Assembly: GCA_028817775.1 (NCBI GenBank)
Contig: JAPPOW010000214.1
Span: forward strand, 1-33,922
From: Candidatus Melainabacteria bacterium
Lineage (GTDB): Bacteria; Cyanobacteriota; Vampirovibrionia; LMEP-6097
Direction: 5' to 3'
Length of the DNA: 33,922 bases
Shown: positions 9,648 to 18,610 of the stretch, in pieces
Layout: each line of letters opens with the position of its first letter
Position numbering within the stretch: position 1 is the stretch's first letter
Program-made: the position numbers and the translations under genes
Notes under the pieces: generated by a model
The model's database searches: none
The model's input: the letters and a program-made list of their open reading frames with translations, nothing else
What the model was told of the DNA's origin: nothing

Positions 9648-10305
9648 TTTTCTCTCCTAGTACTTCTTTAAGTTCAGCCTCTCCAAACTCAGGCCATAAA
9701 GTATCAACAAAAGCTAATCTAGAATTAGCAGCTTGCCAGAGTAAATAATTACTCAATCTAGCATCGCCGCCAGTGCGCAAAATTATTTCTGGGTCTGGCA
9801 TGCCAGCTGTATACAAAAAATCGGAAAATTTTTCTGGGCTCAGTGCTTCAATTTCTTGAGTGCTGAGACTAGCTTTGATCCGTTTGAGTGCAGTACTCAA
9901 TTCATCGATTGAACCGTAATTGAGGGCGATTTGTAATTTGAGTCCGGTATTGTCTTTGGTTTTCTCTGCTAGTTTTAACAAAGGCTGCTCAATACCAATA
10001 TCAGCAAAGGCATGAATATCACCAAGAAAGCTAACTCGTACATTCTCGCGATCTAAATTATCAAGCTCACGTACAGCCACTTCACCAAGTAAGCGAAATA
10101 GGAACTCAAGCTCAGCTTGGTCGCGGCGCCAATTCTCAGTAGAGAATGCATAAGTAGTTAAGTACTCGATGCCATGCTGCGGGCAAAGCCTAACTAGATT
10201 CTTGAGAGCTTCTACTCCGCGACGGTGCCCCTCAATAGACGGCAAGCCACGTTGTTTTGCCCAACGTCGATTGCCATCCATGATTACTGCAAGGTGTTTT
10301 ACCAC
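9604..10305 (-). CDS. uppS: Undecaprenyl diphosphate synthase
   Basis: HLAVIMDGNRRWA, YAFSTENWRR, ALNYG and RTGGDARLSNYLLWQ motifs. Confidence 0.96.
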   Translation of the reverse strand: MVKHLAVIMDGNRRWAKQRGLPSIEGHRRGVEALKNLVRLCPQHGIEYLTTYAFSTENWRRDQAELEFLFRLLGEVAVRELDNLDRENVRVSFLGDIHAFADIGIEQPLLKLAEKTKDNTGLKLQIALNYGSIDELSTALKRIKASLSTQEIEALSPEKFSDFLYTAGMPDPEIILRTGGDARLSNYLLWQAANSRLAFVDTLWPEFGEAELKEVLGEKNGSTETHRETSVQA

Positions 10306-10360
10306 ACTCCCATTATAGCAAGGGCTCAGCCTCGGGGTGTGTAAGCGCTTAGAGGCCCTC

Positions 10361-10451
10361 TGTCATCCTGAGAAGCCGCAGGCGACGTAGGGATGCCAGT
10401 GTTACCTATTTGATAGGGAGATCCTGACGCCCTAAAGGGCTCAGGATGACA
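10361..10451. repeat. REP/RPE-like palindromic doublet, family A (TGTCATCCTGAG...CTCAGGATGACA)
   Basis: 12-bp terminal IR with an inner hairpin in each arm. Copies at 14360 and 25665, half copy at 20903. Confidence 0.88.
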
Positions 10452-10488
10452 AGAAATTTATCAAGTCCTCTAAACTTTTTACAGATCC

Positions 10489-11349
10489 TCAGCCTCGTTT
10501 ATCGATGACTGTGATTTCGTCAGCAGAACTTTCGCTAAAACGATAGTTAAGTGGTGGAATTCGCTCTCCGTCTGCATTCATTGGCACTCGTTTGTAATAA
10601 CGTACGTCAAGCTTGGTGCTATCGCCAATCTCAATTTCATTATGATCTAGTGGTCCTAAGTAAACTTTGAAGCTGGCTTCATTTGAGAGTACATCACTCA
10701 GTGGTAGTTTGATTCTATCTTTGGCAGCACTAGTCTTCTGTGGTAGAGCAATAGTTTTGAATTCCTCACCAAAGACTGATTTACCTTCGATATGATCAAT
10801 AGTAAACAAACGCTTGTTGTAGTAAAGATCAAATTCTAAGAAATTAGAAGTGATCACGTCTTCAAAATTTTGACTTGGATCAGCGGTACTGACTTGAATT
10901 TCAACGTAGCCAGGTGCCATAGTGACTCCAGAGATATGTTCAAACTCACTATCATCAGGATCTGGCTCATCATCTATATCCTTGTCATCAATATTGAGTA
11001 CAGTTTTGATGAAGTCGATAGTAGCCTTGGCTGTTTCGACTATCTCCTTGATCTGCTTATAAAGCTTCTCCAGATCACGAATGCGATGCAAGATACTGCG
11101 TGCGATAAAAGCTTGCCGCTCGATTTCTTCAAACTCAGCTCGGCTGATTCTGACATAAGTATCTCGTTTGCCTTTGACTAATTTTCTTTGAGCAGGCTCA
11201 TAGCCTAGCTCTTCTGCAGTCTGCTTGTTAACTGATTTGATAGTTTTGGCACTGACTGCTGAGATATGACCAAAACTAAAGCAGAGAGCTAGTAGCAAAG
11301 CCAATAGCCTTCTAGAGCCCACTTTCAGTGGACTAGGGTTCTTATTCAT
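10489..11349 (-). CDS. Secreted hypothetical protein (helical region, acidic linker, possible cohesin-like beta-sandwich)
   Basis: Sec signal (RRLLALLLALCFSFGHISAVSA|K), AAGGAG SD, DDKDIDDEPDPDD linker and a beta-rich C-terminus. Confidence 0.7.
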   Translation of the reverse strand: MNKNPSPLKVGSRRLLALLLALCFSFGHISAVSAKTIKSVNKQTAEELGYEPAQRKLVKGKRDTYVRISRAEFEEIERQAFIARSILHRIRDLEKLYKQIKEIVETAKATIDFIKTVLNIDDKDIDDEPDPDDSEFEHISGVTMAPGYVEIQVSTADPSQNFEDVITSNFLEFDLYYNKRLFTIDHIEGKSVFGEEFKTIALPQKTSAAKDRIKLPLSDVLSNEASFKVYLGPLDHNEIEIGDSTKLDVRYYKRVPMNADGERIPPLNYRFSESSADEITVIDKRG

Positions 11350-11359
11350 TATTCTCTCC

Positions 11360-11533
11360 TTAGAGTAGTTTGAAGTCTAGTTTACAATCACCGTCTTCGT
11401 TGTTTTCGAGTTCACGATCCATTCTGCGAACATTCCAATAAATGCGACCGAAGAATGCAGCAATAAGTAATAAAACTACAAGGCGTAGCGGCTCTTTGAT
11501 AAGAATAGTCCAACTGTCAATTAGTTCTTGCAT
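11360..11533 (-). CDS. Small single-TM protein (57 aa, start MQELID)
   Basis: One hydrophobic helix. Start overlaps the end of the 11517..11762 ORF. Confidence 0.55.
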   Translation of the reverse strand: MQELIDSWTILIKEPLRLVVLLLIAAFFGRIYWNVRRMDRELENNEDGDCKLDFKLL

Positions 11534-11762
11534 ATCTTTCCCTATCCAATTTTCGCATCTGCCTATAACCATGTTGAAGCAGATGATCACCCATCAGCAT
11601 AACACAGAAGCTTAGCAAAGTCTCTATTCTAAGTAGATACATGTGATTGTGCTGACCAAGTAGTACGCTCAATAATTCCAAACCAAATGGAGTAGCTAGT
11701 ATGATGCCTAGAGTTCTAAATGCTTCAGCTCGATATTTAACTGAGTTCTCGTAAACGACCAT
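11517..11762 (-). CDS. Small two-TM membrane protein
   Basis: Two hydrophobic segments. CATAAT lies 6 nt upstream of the ATG. Confidence 0.55.
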   Translation of the reverse strand: MVVYENSVKYRAEAFRTLGIILATPFGLELLSVLLGQHNHMYLLRIETLLSFCVMLMGDHLLQHGYRQMRKLDRERYARTN

Positions 11763-11796
11763 AGAGAAATTATGACTAAAAGAAAGCTGAAATGAA

Positions 11797-12150
11797 AGGG
11801 GTCAAAAAACCTCTGGGATTTTTTTGAAAAGCTTTTTGTTTGCAATGGTTTTTGTGAAAAACAATACCAGATTGAATTAAGAGAAGATATTTAAGGGGGT
11901 CATTTGACCTCTGAGAATGACAGTGACCAGCAAAAAAGCAACTCATGCTTTTTGTGCTTAGTCCCCACTCCTGATAGTCAGGCAACTTCGTTGCCTATCG
12001 CTGGACCTAACTCCATTAGCTTAATTCAAGGGTTTGCCAAACAGCGAGAAGGGTCATTTGTCCTCTGGAATACCTAGTCCAAAGAACTGATCACCTGATG
12101 CTACGCATCCGTTCTTCGCTCCGGTTCAGCCCTTGAAGCAAGCTTCAGGG
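11797..12150. repeat. Structured intergenic region with three GGGTCA-N5-CCTCTG motifs and multiple hairpins
   Basis: Motif cores start at 11799, 11897 and 12051. Hairpins at 11929-11958, 11980-11996, 12097-12109 and 12130-12150. Confidence 0.6.
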
Positions 12151-12274
12151 CATGCACCTATACTCAGAATAAGCCAAAATCATGAGCTCAAAGCTCTAAA
12201 AATAGCTAAATGACTGACTTTTCAGGCTCTTTATAAGTGGAATTTATATATTGGAACCCTAATAAGGAGAAGCA

Positions 12275-14041
12275 ATGGCCGTAAGTTTCATAGGTCTGAA
12301 TAGTTCGTTTGACTCTGGAGCGCTGATCAATCAATTGATCACACTCGAGGTTCAAAGTCGTATCAGTCCATTGCAACAAAAAATCACTGAATTAAATCGA
12401 GAAGATTCATTTCTTTCTGCAATTGCTAATGATGTAACTAGTCTCAAGGGTACTGTTGACCACAAAAATATTTCTCGTGGTGACACTGAACTTGCTTCCA
12501 AATCAGTTACTACTACCAACAACGCAGACTCGGCAGGAACCGAAAACTATTACGCTGAGATTACTGCAACTGACGATGCAGTGGTACAAAATTTTGATTT
12601 GACTGTAGACCAGTTGGCGACTAGCTCATCGCGTAAATCTACTGCAAGAGTAGATAATGGTGTCACAGGTGCTTCTGCGATGAGTGCAGCAAACCTCAAA
12701 GGTGTTACTTCGCTTACTACTGGTACGGTGACTATCGATGGTGAGACTCAGACCTCTGCACTCACTGATAGTAGTACTATCAATGATGTTCTAACTTTTT
12801 TACAGACTTTTGCCGCGGTTAGTACAGCGACCATGGATGCTGAAGGACGGATTGCTATTACTGGTACTGCTGGAAGTATTGGAAACTCTGGTGACACTAG
12901 TAATTTGATCTCAGCACTTGGTTTGAACAACGCAGTGCTCTCTGGTGGTTCAGCAACTGGTTTACAGAAGCTTACAGCAGCTAAGTCTTCGACTACGCTA
13001 AATGCTTTGCCAACTCCAATTACAGGTACCACACTAACGATTAATGGTACCGATGTGACTTATGATCCAGCTACTGACAGCATCACCACTTTAGTTGATG
13101 AAATTAATAGTACTTCAGCGACTGGGGTCAATGCTTCTTACGATGATATTAATGGTGAGCTGATCCTCACCAATAAGGATACCGGTGCACTATCAATTAC
13201 AGTTAGCTCGAATGGTAACGCTGATACGGTTCTAAATATTGCAGCAGCCGGTGCTGAAACACTTGGTAATAATGCTGAGTTTACAATTTCTACTCTCAAT
13301 GGTGGTGCGACTTTGGTCAACAACGATAATACTGTAACAGGTTTGATTGAAGGCTTGACTTTTGAATTGAAGAATACAACTCCAACTGGTCCTTCTGTGC
13401 CCGTCAATGTTGCTATTGCAGAGGATGTCGATAGTATTGTAACTAAGATCACAACTATCATTGATCAGGTTAATGACATGATACAAGATCTTGAGGCGCA
13501 GGATGATAGTTTCAGTCGGCAAATGATTCGCCGTCTTAAGAACACAATGGGTACTGCTTACAGTGGGCTTAGTAATGATTATGCTTCTTTGATTGAGATC
13601 GGTATTACTAGTGATGTCGGTACTGATACTAGTAGTGGCTTCCAGGGCTATACTCTTGATCGTGATACTTTTGAAACAGCTTTCCTTGATGATAGGGCAG
13701 ATTTCTTGAAAATTCTTTATGGTACTAGCATTGTTACTGACCCGGATGCAGAGATCACAGCACTCTCAGACGGTTCAGAAGGTGTGATCACACTCTTGCA
13801 GCGAGCGCTGGATGAATACGTTGATCCAGACGTACCAACCAATGGTTTGATTAATCAAATCCAAGATTCAATTTCAACTCAGATTGATACTGCTAACGAT
13901 AGGATAGAGAGAGCTCAACAAAGTATCGATGCGCTTGAAGATAGATTAACCAGACAGTTTTCACAGCTTGATATTATTAACGCTCAATTTCAACAGCAGC
14001 AGCAAGCGATTCAAAGTACCTTTGGTGGTGGGACAGCCTAA
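12275..14041 (+). CDS. fliD: Flagellar filament cap protein FliD (HAP2)
   Basis: N-terminus MAVSFIGLNSSFDSGALINQL; LTVDQLA; GVNASYD...LILTNKDTG; NTVTGLIEGLTFELK; C-terminus EDRLTRQFSQLD. AAGGAG SD. Confidence 0.92.
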   Translation: MAVSFIGLNSSFDSGALINQLITLEVQSRISPLQQKITELNREDSFLSAIANDVTSLKGTVDHKNISRGDTELASKSVTTTNNADSAGTENYYAEITATDDAVVQNFDLTVDQLATSSSRKSTARVDNGVTGASAMSAANLKGVTSLTTGTVTIDGETQTSALTDSSTINDVLTFLQTFAAVSTATMDAEGRIAITGTAGSIGNSGDTSNLISALGLNNAVLSGGSATGLQKLTAAKSSTTLNALPTPITGTTLTINGTDVTYDPATDSITTLVDEINSTSATGVNASYDDINGELILTNKDTGALSITVSSNGNADTVLNIAAAGAETLGNNAEFTISTLNGGATLVNNDNTVTGLIEGLTFELKNTTPTGPSVPVNVAIAEDVDSIVTKITTIIDQVNDMIQDLEAQDDSFSRQMIRRLKNTMGTAYSGLSNDYASLIEIGITSDVGTDTSSGFQGYTLDRDTFETAFLDDRADFLKILYGTSIVTDPDAEITALSDGSEGVITLLQRALDEYVDPDVPTNGLINQIQDSISTQIDTANDRIERAQQSIDALEDRLTRQFSQLDIINAQFQQQQQAIQSTFGGGTA

Positions 14042-14358
14042 TGAACGAAAAGTTTGAAACTATTGGTCAAGGTCTGGATCGGATACAGGTTATTGATGCC
14101 GAGATTAGCGAATTGCTTGAGGCGCAGGAATACGGCAAGATTGTGGAAATGATGCCGAAGCGCATGAGTGTGATCTGCCAGATGACTCAAATTCGAGAAG
14201 CTGATGGCATCACTGAGGAAGAGCAGAAGCGGCTTGATAAGATCTTCTCAGGTGCGCATAGTATTCAGCAGAAAATTACCGAGAAAAAAGACAATATCTC
14301 TGGCCGTCTGAAAAAACACAAAACTATCAAAAGTCAGAATAAGCGACTTCGTTATTAG
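14041..14358 (+). CDS. Probable FliT-like FliD chaperone
   Basis: 105-aa all-helical protein translationally coupled to fliD, ending in a basic ...RLRY tail. Assignment rests mostly on position and size. Confidence 0.55.
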   Translation: MNEKFETIGQGLDRIQVIDAEISELLEAQEYGKIVEMMPKRMSVICQMTQIREADGITEEEQKRLDKIFSGAHSIQQKITEKKDNISGRLKKHKTIKSQNKRLRY

Positions 14359-14359
14359 T

Positions 14360-14453
14360 TGTCATCCTGAGGAACGCCATAGGCGTGACGTCAGGATCTA
14401 GTTAGCAAGTTAGTAACGATGAGATCCTGACGCCTTACAGGCTCAGGATGACA
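14360..14453. repeat. REP/RPE-like doublet, family A
   Basis: tgtcatcctgag...ctcaggatgaca, starting just after the stop codon. Confidence 0.88.
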
Positions 14454-14473
14454 GATAGGTTAGAATAGTATTT

Positions 14474-15289
14474 ATGCAGTTAATAGATACTCACGCGCAT
14501 ATTTGTTTTGATTCCTATGATGAAGATAGGCAGGAAATGATGGCTCGTGCTTATGATTCTGGGGTTTTTAAGTTATTGCATCCTTGTTGTAATCTTGATG
14601 AGATTCCGGCTCTACTTGGCTATACTAAGGAATATGACGGTGATGGCAAGATCGATCTTTATACTGCAATGGGTTTGCATCCCACCGAGATTGAGAAGTG
14701 GGATGAAAACTCCGCTGCCAGGATTGCTGAATACTTAGATCAAGAATTAGCTAAGCCTGATCACAAGGTTAGAGCAGTGGGGGAGACTGGGCTTGATTAC
14801 TATCATTGTAAGGATGAGGAGTCACAAGCCAGGCAGCGAGGGATCTTCCGTGAGCAAATTGCGCTGGCTAAGAAATATCAATTGCCTTTGATAGTGCATA
14901 CGCGTGATGCTTGGCAGGATACTCTGCAAATTCTAAAAGAAGAGTATCCAGAGGATAGGAACGCGCATCATGGCACTATTCATTGTTATACCGGAAATTA
15001 TGAATTTGCTTCTGAAGTTATTGAGCATGGTTTCTATATTTCATGGTCTGGTATTGTTACTTACAAGAAAAATGATGAGTTTAGAGAGATTGCCGCTAAG
15101 ATCCCCCTAGACAGGGTTTTGGTGGAGACTGATTGTCCGTTCTTGGCACCGCAAGCTCAGCGCGGTAAGCGTAATGAACCAAGTTTTGTGAACTATGTAG
15201 CAGAGACTTTGGCTGAATGCTACAAGATTAGTAAGGAAGAGCTGGCGGGTATTAGTACTGAGAATGCGACTCGTTTGTTTAAGCTTTAA
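14474..15289 (+). CDS. tatD: TatD family hydrolase
   Basis: IDTHAH, GLHP, AVGETGLDYY, IVHTRDA, IHCYTG, ETDCPFLAP and RGKRNEP motifs. Confidence 0.95.
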   Translation: MQLIDTHAHICFDSYDEDRQEMMARAYDSGVFKLLHPCCNLDEIPALLGYTKEYDGDGKIDLYTAMGLHPTEIEKWDENSAARIAEYLDQELAKPDHKVRAVGETGLDYYHCKDEESQARQRGIFREQIALAKKYQLPLIVHTRDAWQDTLQILKEEYPEDRNAHHGTIHCYTGNYEFASEVIEHGFYISWSGIVTYKKNDEFREIAAKIPLDRVLVETDCPFLAPQAQRGKRNEPSFVNYVAETLAECYKISKEELAGISTENATRLFKL

Positions 15290-16223
15290 CTGTCATTGCG
15301 ACCGCGAGCCAAAGGCGTGGCGGGAAGCAATCCAATGCACTAGCCATGTCTTTGCATTGGATTGCTTCGTCACTCTGTTCCTCGCAATGACCTTAGTCTT
15401 CAGTCCGGTGCTGGCTGAACCATCAAATGATGATCTGCGTGATCTATTACTTACAGGCAATGTCGAAGCAGTAGTCCAAACTGTAGAAGCGGATAGAGCG
15501 ATCAATTGGTCTAAGGATAAGCTCAAGATCAATCCGCTTGCTTCTGAGTATTATGCCATCGCATTAATCGTTCTTGGTGACATCGATAAAGCTAAGTATT
15601 TCATCGATAAAGCTAGAGACTTTCATCCTAAATCTCAAGCACTGAGAGACTGTGCTAAGCAATTGGATTTTTTTGCACAGCATTTTATAAATAAGGATCT
15701 CAAGTTTACTAAGCAAGAAAAATTGCATATCAAGCTTTATGATTTATTGCATCTATATTTGGCAGAAGAGCCTCAATCCAAACAAGCTACTAAGTTAAAA
15801 CAAAAAATTCTCAAAGAAGTAGAGAAGCTAGATGGGGCGCTGCCATATTTTATGACCAAGCTTGACTATCTCTCTGAACTTAATGATCCAAGTTTGGTTG
15901 ATCAAATATCTAAGCAAGCCTTTGATACTATTGCAGCCAAGCGCAAGATTTTATTCCCTAAGACTTTGGATTTCTATGAACTGGCTTCTGCTTACAAGGC
16001 TCTAGCCAGGCTTAGTATTCAAGCTGGAGACAAGGCTAAAGCCACTCAGTATATTAAACTTGCGCGCAGTAATATTTTTAAGATGAAAGCTTTGTGGCTG
16101 GAAGAGGATACGCGTCACTACCGTAAGATCTTAAAGATGGAACAACGAGTGACAAGCTTTGGTTATGTCCTACCACAGTGGTTGATTCTATTACGTGAAG
16201 AGTATGATGCTTACTTGAATTAA
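15264..16223 (+). CDS. Exported TPR-like helical protein (start uncertain; N-terminus overlaps a family B repeat)
   Basis: TPR-like patterns (YYAIALIVLGDIDKAKYFIDKA, LARLSIQAGDKAKATQYIKLA). Hydrophobic stretch ending VLA|EP. Confidence 0.7.
   Translation: MRLVCLSFNCHCDREPKAWREAIQCTSHVFALDCFVTLFLAMTLVFSPVLAEPSNDDLRDLLLTGNVEAVVQTVEADRAINWSKDKLKINPLASEYYAIALIVLGDIDKAKYFIDKARDFHPKSQALRDCAKQLDFFAQHFINKDLKFTKQEKLHIKLYDLLHLYLAEEPQSKQATKLKQKILKEVEKLDGALPYFMTKLDYLSELNDPSLVDQISKQAFDTIAAKRKILFPKTLDFYELASAYKALARLSIQAGDKAKATQYIKLARSNIFKMKALWLEEDTRHYRKILKMEQRVTSFGYVLPQWLILLREEYDAYLN
15292..15391. repeat. REP/RPE-like doublet, family B
   Basis: gtcattgcga...gcaatccaatgca / tgcattggattgc...tcgcaatgac. Confidence 0.85.
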
Positions 16224-16942
16224 ACAGCTGCAGCGACTGGTATTGCTGCTTTTGTGACGAGCGTGTTGCTTGCTGGCATCGTAGTTGGACTTTCTGCCAG
16301 AACTCTATCTATGCCTCTTTCGATTGCTGTAACGGCTTTGCGTACCAGGGAAGAGAAAGTGGTGTTGCTATTCAGGTGAGGTCCAAGTGCATCATTGAGT
16401 ACGGCAGTAAAGAAGTCCTGGTTGTCGTTTAAGATCGAGCTTGCGATTTGCCCAAAGGCAGGTGCTTTGTCTCCAGAGAAGATGACTTTTGCTACTTGAA
16501 CTAGGGTACCCAGTATTTTATTAACACTGAGTTTGAAACAATTGCCCCAAAGTGCTTTGTTCAAAGCATCTTGCGAAACATAGACTTCTCCAGTTTGAGA
16601 ATTTGTAATCGGTCCAACGCCAGCAAAACCTTCATTACCAAAACTTAAAGATCTAGCCAGTGCATCTTCTTCTGCAGTGAGCCCTAACTCTGCTGCAATT
16701 GCTTCATTTGTTTTGGCACCATTGACTGCGTAATCAAAAACCTTGCTGAATAGATCTGAATCTGAATTAGATACTACCAGTTGGATAATTTTTTGGTTGA
16801 GTCTAGCTAGATCAATACTAGTCTGGGGAACTTGTGCCAGATTGGTACTTGCTGGCATCACCACATTGGCTGTGGTCTGAGGTGCCAGACTTGTATTGGT
16901 CTGCATCACTGGGCTTTGTTGATTGACCCTTGCTACTTGCAT
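16220..16942 (-). CDS. Hypothetical protein with Q/T/S/P-rich N-terminus
   Basis: 240-aa ORF filling the gap. TACAAT lies 6 nt upstream of the ATG. No family recognised. Confidence 0.75.
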   Translation of the reverse strand: MQVARVNQQSPVMQTNTSLAPQTTANVVMPASTNLAQVPQTSIDLARLNQKIIQLVVSNSDSDLFSKVFDYAVNGAKTNEAIAAELGLTAEEDALARSLSFGNEGFAGVGPITNSQTGEVYVSQDALNKALWGNCFKLSVNKILGTLVQVAKVIFSGDKAPAFGQIASSILNDNQDFFTAVLNDALGPHLNSNTTFSSLVRKAVTAIERGIDRVLAESPTTMPASNTLVTKAAIPVAAAV

Positions 16943-16978
16943 AGTTGAATTGTATCACGGGTTGATTGGTGAAAACCC

Positions 16979-17878
16979 CTAAGTCACCAAGCTTCTCAAA
17001 CACTCTTCAATCCTAGGGTGAGTAAATTTATAGCCAGCATCCTCAAGAACTTTGGGTTTAACCTTGGCACTAGCTAATAACAAAGCATCAGCCATCTCTC
17101 CAAAAATAATTTTGGCAAGGAAGCTTGGCATTGGAGCTAAAGCAGGCCTACCCAAGACTCGAGCTAGACTGCTAGTAAAAATAGAATTGGTCACTGGATG
17201 AGGACTAGTGAAGTTGACCGGTCCTTTAATCTTAGAATTGTTCATTATAAAGTAGAGCCCGTAGATCAGATCTTCAATACTAATCCAGCTCATGATTTGT
17301 TTGCCGCTGCCGATATCACCGCCCATGCCAAAACTAAATGGCAAAACTAATTTGGCTAGCGCGCCGCCCTCTTTGCTCAATACAATGCCGATACGCGGAT
17401 GCACTACTCTGATCCCAGCTTCTCGAGCTGGGTCTGCAGCAGCCTCCCAAGCTTTGCAAGTATCAGAAATAAATAAACCCTCTACTGGAAAGCTATGTTC
17501 GTAAAGAGTTTCAAAGGGACGATCAGCGTAGTAACCAATAGCAGAAGCTGAAATAAATAAATTGGGTTTAGCTTTGAGTTTAGCTAGAGTACTTGCTAGT
17601 AAGTGAGTAGACTTAGTTCTACTTTCTAGGATGCGAGTTTTTTGTGCTGTGGTCCAACGGCGGTCAGCGATATTCTCGCCAGCTAGATGCACTACCACAT
17701 CAAAACCCTCCAGCTCACTAGTGTCAAGCACAGCTTCATCAGGTTGCCAAAAAATTTTCCTGGGACCTAATTTAGATTCTGATCTTACTAATGAATAAAC
17801 TTCATGTCCTTGATACTCAAGGTAGCTAGCTAGATTTTTGCCAACAAGTCCAGTTGAGCCTGAGATAAGGACCTTCAT
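16979..17878 (-). CDS. TIGR01777 family NAD-dependent epimerase/oxidoreductase (YfcH-like)
   Basis: ISGSTGLVG, VVHLAGENIA.RRWT, SASAIGYY, RIGIVL...GGAL and MSWI..ED motifs. Confidence 0.92.
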   Translation of the reverse strand: MKVLISGSTGLVGKNLASYLEYQGHEVYSLVRSESKLGPRKIFWQPDEAVLDTSELEGFDVVVHLAGENIADRRWTTAQKTRILESRTKSTHLLASTLAKLKAKPNLFISASAIGYYADRPFETLYEHSFPVEGLFISDTCKAWEAAADPAREAGIRVVHPRIGIVLSKEGGALAKLVLPFSFGMGGDIGSGKQIMSWISIEDLIYGLYFIMNNSKIKGPVNFTSPHPVTNSIFTSSLARVLGRPALAPMPSFLAKIIFGEMADALLLASAKVKPKVLEDAGYKFTHPRIEECLRSLVT

Positions 17879-17974
17879 TATTTGATTCTACTATGTAGAT
17901 AGCGAGCAGTTCATAATTGTTTAATATTGGCATGGTGGATTGAGCTTGGCAGGTGCGCTATTATGTTGCGAAGG

Positions 17975-18535
17975 ATGAAAATAAGACCCCTACTCCTTCC
18001 ATCTTTATTACTAGGCATGCTTGCTGGTTGTTCTGAGCAAGTAGAGCCACCAGAATTGCCTGCTAGAGCTCAGCCGGTTCTAGAAGCCAGTGATGATACT
18101 TGCGTGCAAATTCACCAAGCTGATGATGAAGCGAGTAGAGCAGAAGCTCCAGTTCCAGATCAGTGTGTTGAGATTCCTGAAGAGGAAGCAAGTCGGGTGG
18201 AAGAAATTGAACAAGAACCTGATCTTAGTAAATTGTCCTGGGATGAACGAGTTGAAAGAATTAATGACAGAGCAATTTTTACTAAGAAGACTATTGTTAC
18301 TCTAAGACAACTTGTTATGACTCGTGAGATTAATGAAGAAAGATACGGACCAACTGCTGAACTAATGATTAAGCTGGCTGAAGGTTTTCTGCAAAGAAAT
18401 AACAGACCTGACTGGATAGAGCTTTTTGAAAGTCGAGTCCAAAAGCTTAGAGAAACTTCTGAAGAGATTTTGAAACGAGAGGCTGAGAAAGCTGCACCAC
18501 CTCCAGTTAACGACGACGGTTCAGTGACATTTTAA
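17975..18535 (+). CDS. Hypothetical lipoprotein
   Basis: MKIRPLLLPSLLLGMLAG|C lipobox, an acidic Pro-rich linker and a helical C-terminal domain. Confidence 0.75.
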   Translation: MKIRPLLLPSLLLGMLAGCSEQVEPPELPARAQPVLEASDDTCVQIHQADDEASRAEAPVPDQCVEIPEEEASRVEEIEQEPDLSKLSWDERVERINDRAIFTKKTIVTLRQLVMTREINEERYGPTAELMIKLAEGFLQRNNRPDWIELFESRVQKLRETSEEILKREAEKAAPPPVNDDGSVTF

Positions 18536-18610
18536 TTTTTGGTTTGGGTGATTTCGTTCATATAGACTTCTTAGATCAAGAGGCTTATCTTATGCTAGAA
18601 TTATGCCCTA

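Noticed and set aside
11776-11985. 69-aa minus-strand ORF
   Set aside because: Runs through hairpins and poly-A/T tracts of the structured intergenic region and has no protein-like features.
12025-12045. GGCAAACC on the minus strand suggesting a c-di-GMP-I riboswitch near fliD
   Set aside because: The following GNRA-capped stem and GACGCAAAG element are absent, and it faces away from fliD.
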